A stretch of DNA of 64,000 nt from Squalus acanthias (taxonomy: Eukaryota). The stretch is taken from the NCBI GenBank assembly GCA_030390025.1, contig JASTWF010000349.1:186001-250000 (forward strand). Direction: 5' to 3'. How positions within the stretch are numbered: position 1 is the first letter of the stretch; each line of letters opens with the position of its first letter. The translations under genes and the position numbers were made by a program. The notes beneath the pieces are model-generated. The model saw only the letters and a list, made by a program, of their open reading frames with translations. It was not told the origin of the DNA and did not search any database. Below are positions 26,471 through 38,400 of this stretch, piece by piece.

Positions 26471-29400
26471 GAGAAGCGAGAGAGACAGAGAGAGAGAGAC
26501 AGAGAGCAAGTGGGGGGAGGGGAAGGAAGGAAAGGGGTGGGATAAGGAAAGGGGGGAGGGGAGGAAAGGGGGGAGGGGAGGAAAGGGGAGGAAAGGGAGG
26601 AGGGGAGGAAAGGGGGGAGGGGAGGAAAGGGGGGAGGGGAGGAAAGGGGGGAGGGGAGGAAAGGGGGGAGGGGAGGGAAGAAGGGGGGGAGGGGAGGGAA
26701 GAAGGGGGGAGGGAAGGAAGGGGGGGAGGGAAGGAAGGGGGGAGGAAGGAAGGGGGGAGGAAAGGAAGGGGGGGAGGAAAGGAAGGGGGGAGGAAAGGAA
26801 AGGGGGAGGAAAGGAAGGGGGAGGAAAGGAAGGGGGAGGAAAGGAAGGGGGGAGGGAAGGAAGGGGGGGAGGGAAGGAAGGGGGGGAGGGAAGGAAGGGG
26901 GGGGGAGGGAAGGAAGGGGGGAGGGGAAGGAAAGGGGGGCGGGGAAGGAAGGGGGAGGGGCAGGAAGGGGGGAGGGGAAGGGGAAGGAGGGAGGGGAAGG
27001 GGAAGGAGGGAAGGGAAGGAGGGAGGGTGGGAAGGGGAAGGAGGGAGGGAGGAGGGAAGGAGGGAGGGAGGGAGGGAAGGGGGATGAAGGGGGGAAGGGG
27101 GATGAAGGGGGGAAGGAAGAGGGAAGGGGGAAGAGGGAGGGGGGAAGGGGGGAGGGAGGAGGGAAGGGGGAAGGGGGAGGGAAGGGGGGAGGGAAGGGGG
27201 GAGGGAAGGGGGAGGGAGGAGGGAAGGGGGGAAGGGGGGAGGAAAGGGGGATGAAGGGAGGAGGGAATGTGAAGGAATAACCCATATAACCTATTTAGAA
27301 AAGAACACTATCTCATGAAAGAATTCTGGCCTTCTTAAAACATGCCAAACTGGGTTTGGAAATTTAGAATCCTAACTATGAAATAGCTATGAAAGCATTC
27401 TGGCTATTGAGATAAGATAGTTGTTGACACTGAATGAATAACCTTATTGAAACAGAAGGTTAAAGGCTCTCGACAGGCTGACCTTTGGGAACGAAACAAT
27501 GGTTCACCCTGGATAAGGTGTTCTAATTTACACCTCATAAAGAAGCACATAAAGTAAGGAACATCTGCCTTCGTAAAGATGATATCAAGTAAAGAACACC
27601 TAGAGATGAGACATGAGTCTGGCAGAGGTCAGCAGAAAAATGACTAGAGATAATTAGCTTACATCAGCAGAAAACCTTAAAGGAAATACCACTGGAAAAG
27701 GGTATAAAAATTGAACTCTCAAAAGGGATAACAGACTCGCTTTAATCGGGCAAAGCGATTCTCGGCTTCAGTGGCTCTGTAAGTCTCCAACTCTTTGTGC
27801 CTCGGGGTTCAAAGGTATTTGATTTTGGTGGATATCCTGTAGAAAACTAAGAACTGTAGCGAAGTTAAGATTTAAGAGTAAGGTTCTCTGATAATAAGAT
27901 TGTAAGCTTTCTCTTTTTGGAATTGTTAATGTTGCGATTGACTCACCAACTGTAAATTACATGTCGGTTCTTTAATAAATCTATATATTTTAAGAATTGT
28001 CTCACATAAGACTTCTGTATCAAACTTGGAAACTCAATTTCTGTACACTCTTTGGTGAGGAGTTGCAGAATTCTGGGGGAGTTTTCCGGACCCTCATAAT
28101 GTCCGGAACGTTACATAAGAACATAAGAAATAGGAGCAGGAGTAGGCCAATCGGCGCCTCGAGCCTGCTCCGCCATTCAATAAGATCATGGCTGATCTGA
28201 TCCTAACCTCAAATCTAAAGAACATAAGAAGTAGGAGCAGGACCCGGCCACTCAGCCCCTGGGCCCGCTCCGCCACCCACAGGGCCTCGACCGATCCGAA
28301 CTCAGCCTCATGTCCAATTTCCTGCCCGCTTCCCGTAACCCCTAATTCCCTTTACCTCTAGGAAACTATCTATTTCTGTTTTAAATTTATTTAATGATGT
28401 AGCTTCCACAGCTTCCTGGGGCAGCAAATTCCACAGACCTACTACCCTCTGAGTGAAGAAGTTTCTCCTCATCTCAGTTTTGAAAGAGCAGCCCTTTATT
28501 CTAAGATTATGCCCCCTAGTTCTAGTTTCACCCATCCTTGGGAACATCCTTACCGCATCCACCCGATCAAGCCCCTTCACAATCTTATATGTTTCAATAA
28601 GATCGCCTCTCATTCTTCTGAACTCCAATGAGTAGAGTCCCAATCTACTCAACTTCTCCTCATATGTCCACCCCCTCATCCCCGGGATTAACCGAGTGAA
28701 CCTTCTTTGTACTGCCTCGACAGCAAGTATGTCTTTTCTTAAGTATGGACACCAAAACTGTACGCAGTATTCCAGGTGCGGTCTCACCAATACCTTATAT
28801 AACTGCAGCAATACCTCCCTGTTTTTATAATCTATCCCCCTAGCAATAAAAGCCAACATTCCGTTGGCCTTCTTGATCACCTGCTGCACCTGCATACTAA
28901 CTTTTTGATTTTCTTGCACTAGGACCCCCAGATCCCTTTGTACTGCAGTACTTTCCATTTTCTCGCCATTAAGATAATAACTTGCTCTCTGATTTTTCCT
29001 GCCAAAGTGCATAACCTCACATTTTCCAATATTGTATTGCATCTGCCAAATCTCCGCCCACTCACCCAGCCTGTCTATATCCCCTTGTAGGTTTTTTATG
29101 TCCTCCTCACTTTCTACTTTCCCTCCCATCTTTGTATCATCTGCAAACTTTGATATGTTACACTCGGTCCCCTCCTCCAAATCGTTAATATAGATTGTAA
29201 AGAGTTGGGGACCCAGCACCGACCCCTGCGGAACACCACTGGCTACTGGTTGCCAGTCCGAGAATGAACCATTTATCCCAACTCTCTGCTTCCTGTTAGA
29301 TAACCAATCCTCCACCCATGCCAGAATATTACCCCCAATCCAGTGATTTTTTATCTTGAGCAATAATCTTTTATGTGGCACCTTGTCGAATGCCTTCTGG

Positions 29401-32400
29401 AAGTCTAAATACACTACATCCACTGGTTCCCCTTTATCCACCCTGTACGTTATGTCCTCAAAGAACTCAAGCAAATTTGTCAGACATGACTTCCCCTTCA
29501 TAAAGCCATGCTGACTTTGTCCTATTAAATTATGTTTATCTAAATGTTCCGTTACTGTCTCCTTAATAATAGACTCCAAAATTTTACCCACCACAGATGT
29601 TAGACTAACTGGTCTATAATTTCCAGCCTTCTGCCTACTACCCTTTTTAAATAAGGGTGTTACATTAGCAGTTTTCCAATCTGCCGGGACCTTTGCTGAG
29701 TCCAGGGAATTTTGGAAAATTATTACCAAAGCATCCACAATCCCTACTGCCACTTCCCTCAAGACCCTAGGATGTAAGCCATCAGGTCCAGGGGATTTAT
29801 CCGCCTTGAGTCCCATTATTTTACTGAGTACCAATTCCTTAGTGATTGTAATCGTATTTAGCTCCTCCCCCCCTAGAGCCCCCTGTTTGTCCAGTGTTGG
29901 GATATGCTTAGTGTCCTCTACCGTAAAGACTGAAACAAAATATCTGTTCAGCATTTTTGCCATCTCCATGTTTCCCACCATTAATTTCCCGGTCTCATCC
30001 TCTAAGGGACCTACGTTTGCCTTAGCCACCCTTTTTCTTTTTATATAACTATAGAAACTCTTGCTATCTGTTTTTATATTTTTTGCTAATTTATTTTCAT
30101 AATCTATCTTCCCTTTCTTAATCAATCCTTTAGTTACTTTTTGCTGTCTTTTGAAGACTTCCCAATCTTCTATCCTCCCACTAAGTTTGGCTACCTTATA
30201 TGTCCTTGTTTTTAGTCGGATACTATCCTTAATTTCTTTACTTAGCCACGGATGGCTGTCATTTCTTTTACACCCTTTTTTCCTCAGTGGAATATATTTC
30301 TTTTGAAAGTTGTAAAATAACTCCTTAAATGAACACCACTGCTCATGTACCGTCTTACCCTTTAATCTATTTTCCCAGTCCACTTTAATCAATTCCGCTC
30401 TCATACCATCATAGTCTCCTTTATTCAAGCTCAGTACACTTGTTTGAGAACCAACCTTCTCACCCTCTAATTGGATATGGAATTCAACCATGTTATGGTC
30501 ACTCATTCCGAGGGGACCTTAACTAGGACATTATTAATTAATCCTGACTCATTACACAGGACCAGGTCCAAGGTTGCTTGCCCCCTTGTAGGATCAGTTA
30601 CATACTGCTCAAGAAATCCATCCCTAATACACTCAATAAACTCTTCCTCAAGGCTGCCCTGCCCAATTTGATTTGTCCAGTTAATATGATAGTTAAAATC
30701 CCCCATAATTATAGCTGTTCCCTTATTACATGCCCCAACTATTTCCTGATTAATACTTCTTCCAGCAGAGTTGCAACTATTAGGAGGCCTATATACTACT
30801 CCCACTAGTGTTTTTTCCCCTTATTATTCCTTATCTCCACCCAAACTGTTTCATTATCCTGATCCTTTGACCCAATATCATTTCTCTGTATTACAGTGAT
30901 TCCTTCCTTTATTAACATAGCCACCCCACCTCCCCTTCCTTCCTGCCTGTCCTTCCTGATTGTTAAATACCCTGGCATATTTAGTTCCCAGTCGTTGTCA
31001 CCCTGCAGCCATGTTTCTGTAATGGCCACAAGATCATACCCATACGTAGTTATTTGTGCCGTTAACTCGTCCATTTTGTTACGAATGCTACGTGCATTCA
31101 GATAAAGAACTTTCAAATATGTTTTGTGACACTTAGTTCCTGCTGTTTCCTATTTTAACACTTTATCTTTTACTCCATACCTTCTGTCCCTTCCCGACAC
31201 GCTTTCCTCTGTCTCCCTGCTCAGGTGCCCAACCCCCTGCCACTTCAGTTTAAACCCTCCCCAACAGCACTAGCAAACACTCCCCCTAGGACAGCGGTCC
31301 CGGCCCTGCCCAGGTGCAGACCGTCCGGTTACAGTCTAGCTAAACTTATTAAAAGTGCTATCTGGAGGACGGTAACATTTTCAGGTTGTTCCTTTCCTTT
31401 AGGGAGAGATAGTCCAAACCTTTAGACCCAATTAAGCGTCTTTAGGATTCGGCTACCTCAAATTTTAGTTGAAAGTGAACGTCAGAGAAATACGCCTGAT
31501 CTGGGGTAGCCCTAAATGGGCTAGGACTAGAAAATATCCCTTCAGGAAGGGGAGGGAGGGAGGAGGGAAGGAGGGAGGGAGGAGGGAAGGAGGAGGGAGG
31601 GAGGGAGGAGGGAAGGGGGGAGGGAGGTGGGACATGGGGAGGGAGGGAAGAGGGACAGTGGGGGGATGGAGGGAGGAGAGAAGGAGGAGGGTGGGAGGGA
31701 GGAGGGAAGGGAAGGGAAGGTGGGTATTAGGATGGGGGGGAGAGATAACCGAGATGTGCCAATTGGCTGATTTAACTGTGCCCATCACGAGGAGCCTGGT
31801 TAACAGTGTGCGTTTTGTCACAGGATATTATACAAACAGTGGTCAAAGGTGTGGTGTAAGAGTTGAATGCAGGTTGAATGACTGCCGAGTTCAAGGTCAT
31901 TGAGAAGAGTGAAATCAGAGTGCGTCTTCAGGTAAACAAAGCCTGCGGCACCGAGCAAAGTGCAGTTTCCACAGCTGCTAGCAACCAAATGTGCCTGTGG
32001 TGCTGTTGAAAATAACCAGCGGTGCACCAGCTTCAATTTTATTCTATCCAATGTTGGCATATTGTACATTTGCAAGTGCAACATCCTACCAGAGGCTGGT
32101 GATATAAAGGACAGCAACAGCCCTGAGGGGGGACAGGCCCACGCGCACACGCACAGGCTACTCACCTCGCACAACAGGGTGTCGTAAACCTTCCACGCAT
32201 TCTCTATCGTCACCTTCATCTTGGTCTTTTCAGATACCATGTTCAGAAAGTTCTAGAGAAGCGAGCAGCAAACACAACACATCACATCAGAAAGCGCATC
32301 AGTTCATTGGCAAAAGGGTGTTGCACAACAGAGGGAGTGTCCCTGAGAGGGTCACAGTTACCCCCCCCCCCAGAGGGAGGGTCCCTGAGAGGGTCACAGT

Positions 32401-35400
32401 TACCCCCCCCCAGAGGGAGGGTCCCTGAGAGGGTCACAGTTAGCCCCCCCAGAGGGAGGGTCCCTGAGAGGGTCACAGTTAGCCCCCCCAGAGGGAGGGT
32501 CCCTGAGAGGGTCACAGTTATCCCCCCCCACCCCCCCCAGAGGGAGGGTCCCTGAGAGGGTCACAGTTATCCCCCCCCACCCCCCCCAGAGGGAGTGTCC
32601 CTGAGAGGGTCACAGTTATCCCCCCCCAGAGGGAGGGTCCCTGAGAGGGTCACAGTTACCCCCCCCACCCCCCCCAGAGGGAGTGTCCCTGAGAGGGTCA
32701 CAGTTACCCCCCCCCACAGGGAGGGTCCCTGAGAGGGTCACAGTTACCCCCCCCCCCCCCCACAGGGAGGGTCCCTGAGAGGGTCACAGTTACCCCCCAG
32801 AGGGAGGGTCCCTGAGAGGATCACAGTTACCCCCCCCCACAGGGAGGGTCCCTGAGAGGGTCACAGTTACCCCCCAGAGGGAGTGTCCCTGAGAGGATCA
32901 CAGTTACCCCCCCCCACAGGGAGGGTCCCTGAGAGGGTCACAGTTACCCCCCCCCCCCCAGAGGGAGGGTCCCTGAGAGGGTCACAGTTACCCCCCAGAG
33001 GGAGGGTCCCCGAGAGGGTCACAGTTACCCCCCAGAGGGAGGGTCCCTGAGAGGGTCACAGTTACCCCCCAGAGGGAGGGTACTCGAGAGGGTCACAGTT
33101 ACCCCCCCCCCCCCCAGAGGGAGGGTCCCCGAGAGGGTCACAGTTACCCCCCAGAGGGAGGGTCCTCGAGAGGGTCACAGTTAACCCCCCCCCCCAGAGG
33201 GAGGGTCCCTGAGAGGGTCACAGTTACCCCCCAGAGGGAGGGTCCTCGAGAGGGTCACAGTTCCCCCCCCCCCCCCAGAGGGAGTGTCCCTGAGAGGGTC
33301 ACAGTTACCCCCCCCCCCCCAGAGGGAGTGTCCCTGAGAGGGTCACAGTTACCCCCCCACCCCCCCCAGAGGGAGGGTCCCCGAGAGGGTCACAGTTACC
33401 CCCCCACCCCCCCCAGAGGGAGGGTCCCCGAGAGGGTCACAGTTACCCCCCCCCAGAGGGATGGTCCCTGAGAGGGTCACAGTTACCCCCCCCCAGAGGG
33501 AGGGTCCCCGAGAGGGTCACAGTTACCCCCCCCAGTGGGAGGGTCCCTGAGAGGGTCACAGTTACCCCCCCCCAGAGGGATGGTCCCTGAGAGGGTCACA
33601 GTTACCCCCCCCCCCAGAGGGAGGGTCCCCGAGAGGGTCACAGTTACCCCCCCCCAGAGGGAGGGTCCCTGAGAGGGTCACAGTTACCCCCCCCCCCCCC
33701 CAGAGGGAGGGTCCCTGAGAGGGTCACAGTTATCCCCTCGGCAATGAACAGAACCACATTACTCCTGAATACACTGATCCAGGCTCGATGGGCTCTTACT
33801 AACACTTAAACTTCCTTGGAATTAATTCAGTCACGCTATTCGAACTAGCGATCATGCCAGTCAGTCAAAGTCACTCTATAGGGAACTAGTGACCGGACAG
33901 GTCAGTCAAGGCCAGTCTCGACGGAACTAGTGACCAGAGCAGTCAATCAAGGCCAGTTTATCGGGAACTAGCAACCAGGCAAGTCAGTCCAGGCCAGTCG
34001 AAAGTCAGCAGTCAGAAATAGCCAAGTTTGGGGATAGGGTGTTGATACCCTCCCTCAAATTTTGGCCCGCACTCCCAAATGCAAACACGCACACACAACA
34101 CACAAAAATACACTCAAAAGCAAACACAAACAACACGCAGAAAACATATGGACACACAAAGACAGCCTTCACATTCTAAACAAATACAGCCCTACTCTCT
34201 GTGCTGCAGCAATAGTACTTCACCGTGATACGACAGCTCAGTGGCTATCAGTCACTCAAGCTTTCCCTCCCGTGATCGACAGATTTTTGTTGGCAAAGGG
34301 TATCAAGGGATATGGAGCAAAGGCAGGAAAATGGAACAGAGGTACAGATCAGCCATGATCTAATTGAATGGTGGAACAGGCTCGAGGGGCTGAATGGCCT
34401 CTTGTTCGTATGTTGCTGGTCATTCTTAGCAGGAGAGCACACCACTGAACTGGTACTCTGCGTAAGCGTAACTGCTGCTGCTGCTTATGGTTAAAGGAAG
34501 TGTGGCAGCGATCAGTTAATTCATCTCACACTGTCGTTTGTAAATAATCTCAAAGTGAGCTTGTTCCTGGTCAAGCCAGGACTTGGGGACAGTGGTACAA
34601 ACTGGCAAGAGGCAAGAACAGCACTTCATCACACAGGCTATGGCTCTGGAAGGAGAACTCAGGAGCCATTCACATATGCACGTTAGTAAAGCCATGATAC
34701 TTTAGCAATTGCTTCATTTAAAGGTGGTGTTAATCCACTCAATGCCGGGCTCAGTAGCTTCCCTTAGCCAAGGAAGTCATCAGCACTTAGCGCAAGTTCC
34801 TGAGACCAATTGGAAAGAAGAAAAAAAGAAAGACTGCCATTTCTACAGCCCCTTTCACGACCTTAGGACATCCCAAAGCGCTTTACAGCCAATGAAGTAC
34901 TTTGAAGTGTCGTCACTTTTATAATGTCAAGAGGATGTAACTGGGAAAATAGATAAGGGAGAACCAGTAGATGTGGTGTATTTGGACTTTCAAAAGGCTT
35001 TCGATAAGGTCCCGCATAAGAGATTAGCGGGTAAAGTTAAGGCACATGGGATTGGGGGCAAGGTATTTCCGAGTGGCAAGCAGTGACTAGTGGGGTACCG
35101 CAGGGATCGGTCCTTGGACCCCAGCTATTCACAATATACATTAATGATCTAGATAAGGGAATTAAATGTAATATCTCCAAGTTTGCAGATGACACAAAGC
35201 TGGGTGGGAGTGTGTGCAGCGAGGAGAATAGCGAGAAACTCCAGGATGATCTGGACAGGTTGGGTGAGTGGGCAGAAGCGTGGCAGATGCAATATAACGT
35301 GGATAAGTGCGAGGTTATCCACTTTGGTGTCAAAAACAGAAAGGCAGACTATTATCCGAATGGCAATAGATTGGGAGAAGGGGAAGTGCAACGAGACCTG

Positions 35401-38400
35401 GGTGTCCTTGTGCACCAGTCGCTGAAAGTAAGCATGCAGGTGCAGCAGGCGGTGAAGAAGGCAAATGGTATGTTGGCCTTCATAGCGAAAGGGTTTGAGT
35501 ATAGGAACAGGGATGTCCTGCTGCAGTTGTACATGGCCTTGGTGAGACCACACCTTGAGTACTGTGTGCAATTTTGGTCGCCTTATCTGAGGAAGGATGT
35601 TTTTGCCATGGAAGGAGTTCAGCGAAGATTCACAAGGCTGATACCTGGGATGGCAGGAATGACATATGAGGAGAGATTGGGTCGATTGGGCTTATACTCA
35701 CTGGAGTATAGAAGAATGAGAGGGGATCTCATCGAAACATATAAAATTCTGACAGGTCTGGACAAACTAGATGCAGGAAGAATGTTCCCGATGGTCGGAG
35801 AGTCCAGAACCAGGGGTCATAATCTACGGATAAAGGGTAAACCATTTAGGACAGAAATGAGGAAGAATTTCTTCACCCAGAGAGTGGTGAACCTGTGGAA
35901 TTCTCTACCACAGAAGGTAGTTGAGGCGAAGTCATTAAATATATTCAAGGATGAGTTAGATATATTTCTTAAAGCTAAAGGTATCAAGGGCTATGGGGAG
36001 AAGGCAGGTACAGGGTACTGAGTTTAGATGATCAGCCATGATCTCGTCGAATGGCGGAGCAGGCTCGAGGGGCCGAATGGCCTACTCCTGCTCCTATCTT
36101 CTATGTTTCTAAAAATGCGGCAGCCGTTTTGCGCACAGCAAGCTCCCACAAGCAGTAATGTGATCATGACCAGATAATCTGTTTTTAGTGCTGTTGGTTG
36201 AGGGATAAATATTGGCCAGGACACTGGGGAGACCTCCCCTGCCCCCCTGCCCTTGGGAGTCACCCTACTGCTGCCTCAGCTCAGGTTGGCCAACACCACA
36301 GATGGAACCTGGGACTTTCCTGGTCAGGATGGCTCCATTTATTTACGATTATTTATTCATTCTCGTGATGTGGGCGTGGCTGGCAAGACTGGCATTTCGT
36401 GCCCATCCTTAGTTGCCCACTGAGCCCTGGGCCAGCTAACAGCTTGTATTTTATAAATGCGATTTGCCACCTATCTTGTAAATGATTGCTTCGGTGCAGC
36501 CACAACACTGACCCATCAAGCTGCTTCCCTTCTGTGGTCTGCAAGACAAAACTGAAGCACTTTTACTCACAGAAACTATGCCTTAGTTTAGTTTCTATTC
36601 CAATGTTTCAAAAAGGGGACAGGGATAAACCCGGCAACTACAGGCCAGTCAGCCTCATGTCGCTGGTGGGGAAACTTTTAGAGACAGTAATCCAGGACAA
36701 AATGAATTGGCATTTAGAAAAGCATGGGCTAATAAATGAAATAGTATCTATTTACTTCACCTGAGGAAGGGGCGATCGATAGCTCCGAAAGCTTGTGATT
36801 TCAAATAAAACCGTTGGACTATAACCTGGTGTTGTGTGACCTCTCAATTTAATAAATGAAAGCCAGCATGGATTTGTTAAAAGCAAATCATGTTTGACTA
36901 ACTTAATCTAGTTCTTTAATGACGTAACAGAGAGGGTGATGAGGGTAGTGTGGTTGACCTGTATATGGACTTTCAAAAGGTATTTGACAAAGTACCACAT
37001 AATAGACTTGTTAGCAAAATTAAAGCCCATGGGATTAAAGGGGCAGTGGCTGCATGGATACAATACTGGCTAAGGGACAAAAAGCAGAGAGTAGTGGTGA
37101 GTGGATGTTTTTCAGACTGGAGAGAAGTGGTGTTCCCCAGGAGTCGGTATTAGGATCACTGCTCTTTTTGATATATATTAATGATCTGGACTTGGGTATA
37201 CAGGGCACAATTTCAAAGCTTGCAGATGATACGAAACTCAAATGTAGTAAACAATGAGGAGGACAGTAACAACAACAACAACTTGTATTTATAGCACCTT
37301 TAACGTAGTAAAACAACCCAAGGCACTTCACAGGAGTGTTGTAAGACAAAATTTAACTGACACATGACAGATTCATTTAACACAGAGAAGTGTGAAGTGA
37401 TACATTTTGGTAGGAAGAATGAGGAGAGGCAATATAAACTAAAGGGTACAATTTTAAAAGGGGGTTAAAAAAGCATATGGGATCCTTGGCTTTATTAATA
37501 GAGTACAAAAGCAAGCAAGTTATGCTAAACCTTTATGAAACACTGGTTAGGCCCCAGCTGGAGTACTGTGTTCAATTCTGGGCACCACACTTTAGGAAGG
37601 ATGTCAAGGCCTTGGAGAGGGTGCAGAGGAGATTGACCAGAATGGTACCAGGGATGAGGGACTTCAGTTATATGGAGAGACTGGAAAAGCTGGGGCTGTT
37701 CTCCTTCGAGCAGAGAAGGTTAAGGGGGGACCTAATAGGTATTCAAAATGATGAGGGGTATTGATGGAGCAAGTGTGGAGAAATTGTTTCCTCTGGCAAG
37801 TGGGTCGGTAACCAGAGGTCATAGATTTAAAATAATTGGTTAATAAAAGAACTAGGGGGGAAATGAGGAGAAATGTTGTCAAACAGGGGGTTGTTGTGAT
37901 CTGGAATGCACTACCTGATAGGGTGGAGGGTGGTGGAAGCAGATTCCATAGAACAATCCCAGCTTCTCCAATCTCTCGAAATAACAGAAGACCCTCATCC
38001 CGGTAAACCTCCTCTGTACCATTTCCAAGGCGTTGACATCCTCACTAATGTGTGGTGTAAAGAATTATACAAAATATTCCAGCTGAGGCCTAACCAGTGA
38101 TTTGTAAAGGTTTAGCATGACTTCTTTGTTTTTTTTTATTACAAAGACAAGTATCCCAGATGCTTTCTTAACTTGCCCTGCCCACCTTCAAGGATTTGTG
38201 AATATGCACCCCCAGGTCCCTCTGCTCTTGCATCCCTCTCAAAATAGTCCCATTTAGATTATACTGCCTCTCCATGTTGTTTGTCCCTTGCATCACTTCA
38301 CACTTATCTGCATTAAATTGCATCTGCCACATGTCTGCCCATTTCACCAGTCTGTCTATGTCCTCCTGAAGTCTGCTACTATCCTGCTCGCTACTTACTA

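Noticed and set aside
25961..27285. ER/RG-rich and SL/P-rich ORFs
   Set aside because: Translations of (GA)n and GGA low-complexity sequence
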